64,000 bases of DNA, from the NCBI RefSeq assembly GCF_009914755.1, contig NC_060925.1; one strand, written 5' to 3'. Positions 46,983 to 63,200 of this stretch are shown piece after piece. Within the stretch, counting starts at the first letter, position 1. Each line of letters starts with the position of its first letter. This DNA comes from the human T2T-CHM13v2.0 reference genome, Homo sapiens. Under the pieces are notes generated by a model. That model did no database searches. It was not told the origin of the DNA and saw nothing but the letters and a program-made list of their open reading frames with translations. The position numbers were made by a program, and so were the translations under genes.

Positions 46983-48937
46983 ACTTGTGGCAGCATTGAA
47001 GGCTTCACTCTTCCCCAAGGGATCCAATCTCCCCCCAGTCAAGAAGCTCCAGGTATCTGAACTGGATACCAGGTCATAAATTTCCACTATGGTGACTCCA
47101 ACAGGTCTCTGTCCTCAGAACTAGAGCTTTTCTAATTATTACATAAGTTGACTTCTTAGTAGATTTCCCATCCATTACATCCCAGACACCTCACAATGAT
47201 TAGTAACCACCACATGTCCCTGCCTCTCAAGGAAATCCCTCCCGCCTTGTCTCTAGACAGCCAAGTCCCACGGCCTGTCCTCTGAGACTCTTCCAGAATC
47301 CTGTTGTTCTGACAGCAGGGAGGGCAAATCCATGCAGCATCTCCCGCCATGACCTCCAGCCTGTAGAGGAGAGGCGCCACAGGACCTTTACAGGCACGCC
47401 GCTGTTCCCCTCACCCATGCATTTCTTAATGCCTTGGTGAGGAGAATGCCTCTGGGTCTTCCTTGGTGGGAGCTAAAGGAACAAAGGTAAATAATGCTAT
47501 GGGACCCACTGAGAATTGGGGCTGTGGAAGAGTGGCCACTGAAGTAATAGACAGATGCAGCTATTGCCAGATACTCAGTGCCAGAGCAGGGAGGGAGAGG
47601 GAAGAAATACGGACCTCACCTTCCTCTCACTTCCAGGCTCCATCGGGTGCCCACATTGCTAAACCTAACTAGAAGTGTGCACACAGGGGAGCCAGGGATG
47701 CATTCTAGAAGGGACAAGCCCCAAGTGGCGTAAGACAGGATGGAAATGAGTGGAAAGTGGATCTGTGGGAAGGAGGAGGGGATGTTATGGGGAAACAAAA
47801 GGAGAATACTAGCTAATAACGCTAGGTGACACTAATATCCCCAAGTCTGTGCTCATATTCAGAAAAGAAAGCTCAGCATAAAGCACTCAACCAGGAGTCA
47901 AGATATTGTTATTTTCAACTGTTGTTCCAACAGTTGTATTATAAAGGGCCAGTTTATTTCATGCCTTTCTAATTTGACATAAAGTGCTACACGGCATTGG
48001 GGCTGGTACAGCCTCGCTCAATTATGTTTTGAAGAGTACACAGAGACTGCCAGGCTGAGGGACGATGCAAGAGAATAGAAGAGATGCTCACAGAGAACCA
48101 CAGACCACACGGCCCTAGAGTCAGGGGCAGCACCAGCCACTGTCAGCTGCTCATTTGTCCAGACAGAGCCCACAAGCCTCAGCCATGCTTTGCTTCTGCA
48201 AGATGCTTCTTCACCTTTTCAATAAACCTGCCTGAATTAAAGCTGATGGGAGTTTATTTCTCCTTCATCATAAAAGAAATTCTTCACCACAACAATCTCC
48301 AATGAATTGTGGGCACAGAAGGCAGACCCATCCCTGCTTCTCTTCCACTATCTCCCCTGTAGGCTGAAAAGGAGGAGGTACTGAATTACCTCCAAATGTT
48401 CCTCTGGCTCTGATATTCTGTGACTCTGGTTTCTTTTTGGCTACTTTGTTTTTGGAAGCATGTATCCTAAGGCATCCAGTTGAAAAACCTTTGTCTACTG
48501 TGTCCAGACATTCCTGGTGGTATTTCAGATAAGACACTCTTGGGTTGCTGCACTCACAAGCACTGAAACAATTCTATGACCATCTGTTTCATGGCCACCT
48601 GTTTGCTCATTTTCTATGTACATAAAGGGAGGGGACAGACAGCAAATTTGCATATTATAAATTGTATCATCTTAAAAAGGAAACAAGGCAATATTTTGCA
48701 ATAAAACCTTAAGATACATTAAATTTAAGCCTAATGCAATAAAGAATGCCCATAAAATTATTATCTAAAGAATGTTTAGAAAATTGTTGAACAAGGGACA
48801 TCATCATTTAAAGTGATATGAAGAAAACTCAGCTAAGCATATGGGCTAGATTAGAGAGAAAAATAAAGGACACATCTCTGCCCTGGAAAAACTACTGGTA
48901 GCATCTTTCAGAAAGCTCTCTGTGTTTGAGTACGCAC

Positions 48938-49079
48938 CTTGATCCATAGGCTCACATTTGATCCCAACTGGCAGCTGCTTCTTGGCATTAACTTTGGATT
49001 CCCAACCAGTAAATCTTAGCAAGATCTGAGTTTCTCCAGGTATGATATTATTTTGTTTGACCATCCTTATCTTCAAGGG
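48938..49079 (-). other. Candidate 5' exon (142 nt) containing a strong-context ATG at 49064
   Basis: Acceptor tttcttcttggtag|CCC, donor CAAG|gtgcgt. Confidence 0.6.
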
Positions 49080-49819
49080 CTACCAAGAAGAAACAAATAA
49101 TTTATTTACCTCCCCAGAGGAAAAGGTTTTACCAATGAGACACTTTCTTACCATGACCCCAGGGCCCCCATGCCCTGTTCACTTGAGTGCCCTGTGTGGC
49201 CTGAGAGAAGCTCATACTGGTCACAGGATTCTTTATATGATTAAACTCCTTCCTGAATCCCAACTTCATGGTGGTGGTGATGACAGGTATCCCATGCTCA
49301 TGTCCCTGAAGTCATCAGCCTGTCTCCAGTTAGAAAAAATTACATGTATATAGAGAGGCCTCTTTGGAAGTAGCAAAAGCTTTCTCACCTTCATACATTA
49401 ATGGTTGGAATGTACAATAGTATAAACACTTTGGGAAAAAATGTCTGGCATATTCTTACAGAACTAAACAACTACCTATTCTATGACTCAGTAATTCCTA
49501 AGCATTTATCCAAGAGAAATTAAAACATATGTGCAGAAAATGATATATACAAGAATGTCCATAGCAGTTTTATTCGTAATAGGAAAAACTGGAAACATTC
49601 AAATATCTATCAATACAAGAATGGATACATTCTTGTATTCAAATATCTATCAATATACATTCAAATATACATTCAAATATCTATCAATACAAGAATGTGA
49701 TACATTCATTCCATGGAATGGCTAAAGGAACAAACTTTTGACACACAAAACAACATGGATGAATCTCAAAAACATTTTGAGTGCAATAGGAGCCATACGC
49801 AAAAGAGTGTGAGAAAAAT

Positions 49820-50885
49820 GATAAATAATAATGGTTTCAAGAAATGCAGAGCAGAGAGCCCAGAGGCAAAGACCCACAGGACAGAGGGTCAGTCCCAGGC
49901 TGTGGATCCTAACTAAGAAACTCCTGCTGGATTTTGCCCAGCTCCATTTCCAAACTATTTTGGGTTAGTGACTTCTTTATCCCCTCCATGTTCCCTCATT
50001 TTGAACTAGAATCACTGTAGTTGTTATTCTATGTCTGTCCCATCATTTCACATTAGGGACAGATAAGCTGTTTGTTCAGTTTCACAGGTCGACAGAGGTA
50101 AGGGAATTATGTCAAGGATCTGCACTTAATGGACACTCTCGGAAGCCTCATTCACACCTGGTGTGGATGTTTTAGATGGGATTTTAAACTTTTGATCTGA
50201 TGTGGTCTACATGACATTTTTCATGTTGAACTAATGCTTTAATGACATGAAATCTGGAAACCTCAGGGGAGAGGGTAAATGCACTTTGCAGATGGGGGAA
50301 TGTGCGTGTCCTACTGTGGTAGATGGAATTTCTGAAATGGTCCCCAAACATGCCACACCCTTGTCTCTAAAGCCTCTTAACGTGATGAGACACCATTCCT
50401 GTGACTATGTTGTTATATGCCAGTTATATGACTTTAAGATGGTGAGGTTACCGCATGAACTGGATCTAATCACATCACTCCACACATGACAGAGCTTTGT
50501 GTGGCTGGTTGGAGAAGATGAAGTCAGAGAAGGTGGGAGCTTGAGAAGGACTCCATAAGTTGTTATTGGTTGAAAGATGAAACAGACAGGTAAGGAGGAA
50601 AGCACGTGGCCTCTGGAGTCAGAGTAGAGTGTCTCCCTGCTGACAGCCAGCACAGAAAAAGGGCCCTCAGTCCCCCACAAACAAGAATAGGAACTCTTTC
50701 ATTATCTGTAGTGAACCTGGAAAAATAGCTTGAGCTCTAGGAAAAAAACATAGCCAGCCCATTCCCGGATTTTAGTCTCACATGACTCTGATCAGAGAAC
50801 CCGGCCGCTTCATTCCAGACTTCTGTGGTTTCAAACCACTGGTTTGTGGTAATGTGATAATAGGCAGCGAGAGAAAACTAGTACA
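49820..50885 (+). mobile_element. MaLR internal remnant followed by an MLT1-type LTR (~50313-50885)
   Basis: tgtggtagatgga...atggtcccc start; cagacttct...tttcaaaccactggtttgtggtaat...gcagc..gaaaactagtaca end. Confidence 0.6.
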
Positions 50886-51126
50886 GGTGCCTGTCTCTCC
50901 TCTTGAATTTCAATTTCAGATAAATGTATGCTAACCCTCTAAGAGAAAAAAATCAATCAATCGACCAATCAATGAAAGAACTACAGTAAAAATATTGCCC
51001 TCACCTTTATGTGGCTGTTCCAGAGCCCTTGCCACCTGAAGAAGACAATGAGGGGTATTTCAGGCACTTGAGGAGTGTGGCTTTACTGTTATCAATCACA
51101 TTTCTGAAAGAATAAAAATGGTTCAG

Positions 51127-52114
51127 TGAAGGGATGGGTTGCCCCTCCACACCTGTGGGCGTTTCTCGTTAGGTGGAAGGAGAGACTTGGAAAAGAAAGA
51201 GACACAGAGACAAAGTACAGAGAAAGAAAAATGGGCCCAGGGGACCGTATGCTGAACGCATACGGAGGACCCATGCCGGAGGACCCATGCCGGCACTGGC
51301 CTCTGAGTTCCCTTAGTATTTATTGATCATTATCGGGCGTTTCCGGAGAGGGGGATGTGGCAGGACAATAGGATAATAGTGGAGAGAAGATCAGCAGGTA
51401 AACACGTGAACAAATGTCTCTGCATCATAAACAAGGTAAAGAAAAAAGTGCTGTGCTTTTGATGTGCATATACATAAACATCTCAATGCCTTAAAGAGCA
51501 GTATTGCTGCCAGCATGTCCCACCTCCAGTCCTAAGGCGGTTTTCTCCTATCTCAGTAGATGGAATATACAATCGGGCTTTACACCGAGACATTCCATTG
51601 CCCAGGGATGAGCAGGAGACAGACGCCTTCCTCTTATCTCAACTGCAAAGAGGCCTTCCTTCCTCTTTTACTAATCCTCCTCAGCACAGACCCTTTACGG
51701 GTGTCGGGCTGGGGGACAGTCAGGTCTTTCCCTTCCCATGAGGCTGTATTTCAGACTATCACATGGGGAGAAACCTTGGACAATACCTGGCTTTCCTAGG
51801 CAGAGGTCCCTGCAGTCTTCCGCAGTGTAGTGTCTCTGGGTACTTGAGATTAGGGAGTGGTGATGACTCTTAACAAGCATGCTGCCTTCAAGCATTTGTT
51901 TAACAAAGCACACCCTGAACAGCCCTTAATCCATTTAACCCTGAGTTGACACAGCCCATGTCTTAGGGAGCACAGGGTTGGGGGTAGGGTTACAGATTAA
52001 CAGCGTCTCAAGGCAAAAGAATTTTTCTTAGTACAGAACAAAATGGAGTCTCTTATGTCTACTTCTTCCTACACAGACACAGTAACAATCTGATCTCTCT
52101 TTCTTTTCCCCACA
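51127..52114 (-). mobile_element. HERV-K(HML-2) solo LTR, LTR5A/5B type, 988 bp
   Basis: The - strand begins TGTGGGGAAAAGAAAGAGAGATCAGATTGTTACTGTG and ends CCCTTCA; 6-bp TSD GTTCAG at 51121-51126 and 52115-52120. Confidence 0.95.
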
Positions 52115-52119
52115 GTTCA

Positions 52120-52451
<332 letters not shown>

Positions 52452-52779
52452 TTATTATGTGAAAATGTATCATCTCAATTTTAATAGCAGATTTTAAAAA
52501 ATTCCTTTTCTTGTGCTCACCAGACAAGGTTTGGTAACAAATACCAGTCACCAGCACAGAAGAACCAATTCAAGGAGAGCCATAAACAGGACTACTATTA
52601 TGTTCCCCCAAAAACCATCCCTAGAATGCAATCTCTTCTCTACTTGTCACAAAACGAACACAATAGTCCACTACATAAAGTCCCAAACACAGGAAAATGT
52701 AAATATAATGAAGTCTGCTTTCCAAATGTTTATTCTATTCAGACCCAGTCATGGGGACCAGGGATTAGGAAATGACTAC

Positions 52780-54800
52780 AAACAGGTTCAAGGGAATTTG
52801 GGAAGTGACAAAATGTGCTGAAGTAGAACTCTGCTGATGGCTGCACAATTCGATAAATCAACTTACATCATTGAGTTGTACATTAACAATGGGGGACTTT
52901 TATAACAAGTAATTCTTTAAACAAACTTTTGGGTTTCTATTTCAACATGGAAAGAGCTAGGCAGTCATCACTTGTCCTCACAGCTAGAAAAAAGCTGAAC
53001 AAACTGAAAGTCAACCCTTCTAGGGTGGATCAGAGAATTGAGGTCACAGGGAAAACTGCCACCTTAAAAATGAGAAACACAGGCTAACACATAAGGAGTC
53101 ACAGGTCACAGGGAAGAGAAGCTACTGGGGACAGCAAGTGGGAGGAGCACTTAAATGATATTGACAGATTACTAGAAGCTGAGGGTAGCCTGGCTAGAAC
53201 ATTAAAAACTCCTTGAAGACCAGACTAAGGGGGAATCTTACACATTTCCAAGTTTTACTACAATGATCTCAACCAGGTTCTCATGATGAAGTTCAGAAAA
53301 ACTCCCTGAGGTTTGGCACTACCAACTTCAGGACTTACATTAAGCTACAGTAACCCAAATAGTGTGAAGTTGGTGAAAAGAGAAAACACACACAAATAGA
53401 TGCATGGAAAAGAATACGGAGCCCAGAAGCAGGCCTACATACAGTCCACTGATCTTCCATGGAGCTTTAGAGACAATTTAAAACAGCAAAGATAGCCTTT
53501 CCAACTAGTGGTGCTAGAACAGCTGGACAACCACATGCAAAAAACTAAATAAATCCAGGTATGCATGTTATATCCTTTATAAAATAAATCTTACACGTAA
53601 ATGTAAGTGCAAAACCATAAGAATCCTAGGAGATAACATAGGAGAAAATCTCGGGGATCCTGGGTTCAATGATGGCTTCTTAAATACAAAACCAAAAGCA
53701 CAATCTACTAATGAAAAAAAATTAAGTTGAGCCTCATTAAAATTAAAAACTTCTGTTCTGTGAAAGACACTGTTAAGAGAATGGAAAAAGCAAGTCACAG
53801 ACTGGGAGAAAATACTTACAAAATAATCTGATGGAAAAACTGCTGTCCAAAATATATGAAGAATTCTGAGAACTAAACAACACAAAGCAAAAAAAAAAAA
53901 AAAAAAAAAAAAAAGGTGAAAGATCTGAACACCTCATTAATAAGATATACAGATGGCAAATAAGCATATGAGAAAGATGCTCAAAATCATTTGTGAGGGA
54001 ATTGCACATTAAAACAACGAGATATCACCGTAAACCTATCAGAATGGCTAAAACACAAAACGGTGAACACACCAAATGCTGTCAAAGATCAGGAACAACC
54101 AGAACTCTCCATAGCTAGTGGAAATCAAAAGTGTAGTCACTTTGGAAAACTTAAGTTCATTCAAAATCCTGCACGTAAGTACTTACAGCAATTTTATCAT
54201 AATTGTCAAAACTTGGAAGTACCCAAGACGTCTTTCACCAAGTGAATGAATAAACAAACTGTGTTGTAGCCATACAATGAAATCTGATTCAGTGATTTTA
54301 CAAAACAAGCTATCAAGTCATGAAAAGGCGTGGAGGAACTTAAAGTACATAATGCTAGAAAGAAGCCAGTCTGGAAACCTACATACTGTAATTCCAACTC
54401 TAGGACATTCTTGGAAAGTCAAAAAGATAGAAGTAGTAAAACGATGAGTGGTTGTCAGGGGTGGAGGAGAGGAGGAGGCATGAAATGGTGAAGCACAGGG
54501 AATTTTCAGCAGTGAAACTATTTTGCATGATGCTGTATTGAGGATTTAGGACATTACGTAATTGCCAAAACCCACAATCTGTGAAACTCAAAGAATGAAC
54601 TCTAACGTAAACTATGGACTTTAGTTGATAATGATGTATCAACAGTGGTTCATCAATTGTAACGAATGGACCACACTAATACAATATACTAATAGGGGAA
54701 ATTGTGTGCTGGAGGACAGGGGAGCCTAGGAGAACTCTCTGTACTATCTACTCCATTTTTCTGTAAACCTAGAACTGTTCTAAAAAATAACATCTATTAC
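52780..54800 (+). mobile_element. Old L1M (L1MB/MC-like) fragments, ORF2 end and 3'UTR
   Basis: cattaaaattaaaaacttctgttctgtgaaagacactgttaagagaatg; taaactatggactttagttgataatgatgtatc; tgtaaacctagaactgttctaaaaaataa. Confidence 0.7.
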
Positions 54801-55244
54801 TTTTTTTTAATTAGGATGCAGCAGCCCCTTACCAAGGTTTTGGTGGCATCCTGTTATTGTTTGGTTAGTACTTGGCATTGAAGTGCACCAACCTGGAGTC
54901 AGAGCAGTTGGAGATTTCAACGCCTATGCCATTTACCTCTAACCCTGGGGTGCCCCCGGAACACAGCTAGCAGATCAGTTAGGCAGAAGCAGCCTCAGTC
55001 ATCTAGACAGTGCAGGGTTCTGGTAAGGACAGGTGCAAACCATCTAGGTGGGCAGAACTTGGTGATGACTAGGAACCACTGAGACTCAGCAGCTGCCCCA
55101 GTGGCACCCACAAATCAGAGGAGGAGGAGGCTGGGAGGACCTAAGGGCTACAGGATGAGCTCCCTGCCTACAAGACAGAAGCAGCTCCAGAGATTTTGAT
55201 AAGTAATGTAGATTTCAGTGCAGTGTGGTCTATTTAAAATAGTA

Positions 55245-55640
55245 GAACAAAAAGGAAAGAAAAAGAGAGAGCATGAGAGAGAGAGAAAGAAAAAGAAAAG
55301 AAGAAAGGAAAGAATGGAGGGAGGGAGGGAAGGAGGGAGGAAGGGAGGGAGGAAGAAAAGAAGGGAGGGAGGGAGGAAGGCAGGGAGGGAGGGAGGAAGG
55401 AAGGGAGGGAGGGAGGAAGGAAGGGAGGGAGGGAGGAAGGAAGGCAGGGAGGGAGGGAGGAAGGGAGGGAGGAAGAAAAGAAGGGAGGGAGGGAGGGAGG
55501 CAGGGAGGGAGGGAGGAAGGGAGGAAGAAAGGAAGGGAGGGAGGGTGGAAGGGAAGGAGGGAGGGAAAGAATGAGAGAGAGAAAGAGAGTGGGAGGGAAG
55601 TAGGGAAGGGAGAGAAGTAGGGAAGAAAAGAAGGAAGGAA
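55245..55640. repeat. Polypurine (GGGA/GGAA)n tract
   Basis: ~400 bp almost purely A/G on the + strand, with a 120-bp internal periodicity. Confidence 0.95.
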
Positions 55641-56864
55641 ATGAACAAATTTACATGAAGATGAGAACATCCAGGGGAACTTACACCACCAGTATTTCCA
55701 TTAACAGGAACATGCTAACTAGTTATTAGAGAGAGACGCACTACTGTAAAACTATATACTGTTTCCATGGGGTACAACCCCTTCTTCCTCCTGAAACACA
55801 TTATTCCTCTGGCCCGCTGTTGCCAGAGACACTGAGTCTTGTCTTTGGATAAGTTCTGGTGCCCCAAAGAATGAGATGAGACAGTGGATCCCAGAACACC
55901 AGGCCGCAACCTTCCCTGCTGCTCCTTGTCCACTCCAGAAGCTGCCCGGCTGCAGGTGGGGGCCTCAGCCCCTGGGTCTGACATCGTCCATTTGTCATTC
56001 TCACTGGACTTCCCTCCTTGCACTGGCTCCCACTCCCCCAGGACCTGGTGGATGGCCACGTGAGAAGGATACAAACAGGCCATGCCCCTTTCTTTCTCCC
56101 CCTCTCAATGCCTGCAGTGGTGGGTTCCGTGGGGTAGTGACCTGAGATTTACTCATTATGGGGCCTCTAGCCCAGAGCAGGGCATGGTACCTAATAGTCA
56201 CCCCATGAATGGTCAGTGAAAGAAGGCGTCCACCACAAGGTCCTGGGGAACCAAGAATTCCACTGTGGCCCATAAATTCTAAGTCCTACAGGATTCTGGA
56301 ATGGGAGATGGGATCGGCCTTCAAAAGTGGTCTCTCTTTTAACCCATTATACTGGCAACTGAGCCATGTTTCCCCATCCTGGACACACCTAGAGGGCACT
56401 GCCTAAAACCACACACATCTCCCCACCCAGGACAGTGCAGAGCCTTAGCCTGGGGGATGCGGGTGGACAGGGAGGGGGTGAGCCATGAAAGCTGAAGAGG
56501 AGAAAGCAGGTGAAAGAGGACAGCAGGGTGGAAACAGAGACAGAAATGGGGGCAGAGAATGGGGGGTGAGAGGGGAAGAGAGAGGAGAGGGATGCAGATC
56601 TAGCTACCAAGGAAAAGTCCTGAAGAGAACATGTCCTCTCCTGAAGTAAAATCACTTTCACCCGACCATGGCACTACAAGTCCAGGGTGGCACATGCTGT
56701 GAATATTTGTTCATTCATTTAACAAATATTTATTTAATATCTGTTTGATGCCACGCAAGGCCCTGTGATGTTTAGGGCCCTTGGCATCTTCCCTTCACAT
56801 CTGAGTCATAATAGAAAGAGGACTCTCTGACCCCATCGAGCTGGCAATGCCTCAGGATTTTTAC

Positions 56865-57136
56865 CTGTTGGATCTGGCAGCTCTTCATGTCGGCCCACAC
56901 CATGTGAGGCTGCTCTTGGTGCACTGAATGGGTAAGTTTCTACATCGGTGCCTCGGAGAGTCCACCAGAAGCCCTGGACAGTGGGAGTTGGTGGCACCCC
57001 CAGTGTGGAGGCCAAGAGCACACAGCACTGAAGCTCCAGACATCCTCAGGAGAATGATAAGGGACAATCTGCTCATGAGAGCCTGGGTCACCAGGAACCT
57101 TTGCCTGGGTCTAAACAGGATTTGCCTTCAGAATGC
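56865..57136 (-). other. Candidate 5'UTR exon (272 nt)
   Basis: Strong acceptor tttctctcttttatctcatag|GCA, donor AACAG|gtaaaa. Confidence 0.55.
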
Positions 57137-57299
57137 CTATGAGATAAAAGAGAGAAATCAAGGTTAACATTGAGATTTGGGGCTTGGGCAACTTGAAGGG
57201 TGAAGCTGCCATTTACCGAGACTGGGAAGACCCAGGCAGGAGCAGGTTGAAAGGTGGTGGGGAACTAGAGTTGGTTGGGTTTCTGTCATATGTAATCAA

Positions 57300-60691
<3,392 letters not shown>

Positions 60692-60949
60692 TTCTTTCGA
60701 AAGCAGCTCCACCAGCAAAAGGTAGGAAGAAAGCGAGGAAACCATTCCTCGCTTGGTTAACTCTTGGGTGAAAGGACGCCAAATGAGATAATCTAAGAAG
60801 TCTCAAAGAAAGACAGACAGGCACAGAAAAATCACAGCAACTCTTTGGACTGCAAACACCAACACCACAGTCCAACCTACCAGAAATCCTGTGGTTAATT
60901 GGAGGCTTGCCCCGCTAGTCATGAGGTGATTCAGTGATCGCTACAAACG

Positions 60950-62170
60950 CTCCTCACATGCATCCTGGACCTGGCACACCTGGCTTGCCCATCACCAGCC
61001 TGGAGACACCGCCAGGAGCAGAATCCCGGAGGCCAATAAAGACCCCAACTTTGCAAGTCAGGGGCGCGAGCGCTCTTGCCCAAGTTCCCAGAAGGAACGG
61101 CCTCGAGGGTGGGGTGCGAAGTCAGTGTGCTCCACAGGACTTCCGAAGACGTGCCCCCGAAGCTGCTCCGTCCCTCCACCCCCTGGGATGCCACAGAACA
61201 CCCGCCAGGGAGTTTCTTCCCCAGCGCCCACGAGAGGAGGGCTGTGGGCTGCAGCGGCAGGCGAGGAATCAAGCGCAGGGAACTTAGGCCCCGGCGGAGC
61301 CCTGCGGAGCCCGGCAGTGCCCGGCGCAACCGCCCCGCTCGCGTAACAAAACTTGCGGCGGCCCAGCGCGCCGCGCCTCAGCCCAGCTGTGCGCCCGCAG
61401 GTCCCAGACTCACCTGCCGCCCGGCCTGGCGCGGCGCCCTCACCTCCGGAACGCTGGGTGGACTTCGCAGTAAACTTGAACTTCCCATCCAGGCTGCAGC
61501 CGTGCCGCCGTACCTCGGCCCCGCTCCTGGCGCCGCAGGTCGCCCGTCCCGCGTTCCCAAAATCACCAGGCTCACTCAGAAGCTCAGGCAGCCTCGCGAC
61601 CCTCACCTACCCCTCCCAGCACCGCCGCTATCTCAACCGCCGCCCAGCAACTTGCTTGCGGCCCGCTGGCTCCTCAGGGTCCGGATGGGCCGTGTCAGGA
61701 GAGCCCAAGGCACAGGCGCAGCTGGGCCTTAAAGGGACCCGGCTGCCTCTACCGCACAACGGGTTCGGGCCGCGGGCGGAGAAAAGGAGTAATGGAGGAC
61801 GGAGCGCAGCTGGGCCTTAAAGGGACCCGGCTGCCTCTACCGCACAACGGGTTCGGGCCGCGGGCGGAGAAAACGAGTAATGGAGGACGGAGCGCAGCGG
61901 GGACGGGAAAATCCCTCTCTCCCCTCCGCCTCTCTTTCAAAGCACCAGCCCTTGACCCTGCAATTCGCCGATTTCCCCGGCCACTTGAACCGCCCCTGCC
62001 AGGTTAAAGAGGCGGGAGACACACCCCCTCGGAAGCCTGGAGCGACCCCGCCTTTAGGACTGCAGGCTTCGCGCTGCCGCACCGCCCCATAGTCTGACTT
62101 CCGGGCTCCGCCCGCGGCGCAGACGCACAGGAGTCGGAAGGCAGCCCCCAGCTCCCGCGAGAGGTGGCCT
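60950..62170 (-). promoter_or_regulatory. CpG-island promoter / first exon of the NBPF gene (probably the EVI5-derived NBPF promoter type)
   Basis: Very GC- and CpG-rich. Three gtgag donors on the - strand follow exon ends 61607, 61444 and 61414. ETS site ACTTCCGG at 62097-62104; GC boxes. The EVI5 origin of NBPF promoters is prior knowledge and was not verified here. Confidence 0.8.
61716..61898. repeat. 88-bp tandem duplication in the promoter
   Basis: 61716-61803 equals 61804-61891 with 1 mismatch; GCGCAGC at 61716, 61804 and 61892. Confidence 0.95.
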
Positions 62171-62519
62171 TAGGTCACTCGCAAAAACAATAACCAACGT
62201 GTCAATGGCACTTGTATTTATTTTCTAATTTAAATTTATAACAGATTTCGCAGATGGGCTTCCACTGAAATAAGCCTTTGAGAAAAAGAAAAACTTTTTT
62301 TTAACAAGATTAGGAAATACCAAGAAATATGAAGTAAAGCCATGCCATCTACCCAGCTAAAAACTTTGAAAACTTGAAATTTTATCTAAGGCAAATGTTT
62401 GCATAATTTTAAGTCGTGCCATTATTTAAAGTCAATTTCAATTAACAATTTCATTGCAACTAAATACATCTTCTATAAGAAAACTAAGATACATCCCTGA
62501 TAATCTACCTTTCCCCTCC

Positions 62520-63200
62520 TATATTCCGTCCATCAGCAAATCCTACTGGTTTTTACCTTCCAAATTTTCCTTGAATCTGTCCTCTTCTACCTCCTCCATC
62601 ACCACCCTAGTCTAGGCTACCTTCACCTGGGGAGTGGGGGTGGAGGGACTACTGACCTAGTCTCCTTGTGGTTTACCCATATCCCCTTTATCGCCTCTCT
62701 AATCTCAACACAACAGGCAGAGTGGCTTTTTCAAAATGTAATGTGACCCTGTCACTTCCCAGCCCAAACCACTTCCCGTTCTCTTAGACAAAACCTCCTA
62801 ACTAACCAAGCCCTGAATGGCCAGGCGCTTTGCCCACCTCTCCATGTCTTCTTACAGGTCAGACCAATTCCATCCTGCTCTCTCTGCTTCAGCCAAACTG
62901 GCCTCTTTTATTCCCTATTTACTCAGCTTCCTGGACTCCACAGAGCTTTTGCTCATGCTTTGCTCTGTGCCTGAAGATTCTTCCAACCCTCATCCTTCTG
63001 ACGACAGCTGTAGTCTCCACCTCTGAGAGGCAACTTCTGACCTCCCTACGGTGGTCCCTTACTCCCATCACATTGCATAAAACTGTAATCAAGTGGTTAT
63101 GTTGGGGAATCTACCATCAGCTCCGTAAGTCCAGGATTTGGTTTTGTTTGGCTCATGGTTGTATTTCCACATTTGTGAAATACATATTTGTTCCTAAATG
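62520..63200 (+). mobile_element. L2 remnant
   Basis: tccatcagcaaatcctactgg...ccttccaaa...catcaccaccctagtctaggctacc L2 motifs. Confidence 0.65.

Noticed and set aside
55148-55670. Long Pro/Ser/Leu or Gly/Arg/Glu ORFs
   Set aside because: Translations of a GGGA/GGAA simple repeat
55911-56044. Additional 5'UTR exon candidates (also 47415-47472 and 48558-48613)
   Set aside because: Plausible AG/GT pairs, but weak or ambiguous sites that cannot be supported without transcript data
60931-62092. Overlapping 117-218 aa ORFs on both strands
   Set aside because: Expected from stop-codon scarcity in a CpG island; no domain similarity recognised
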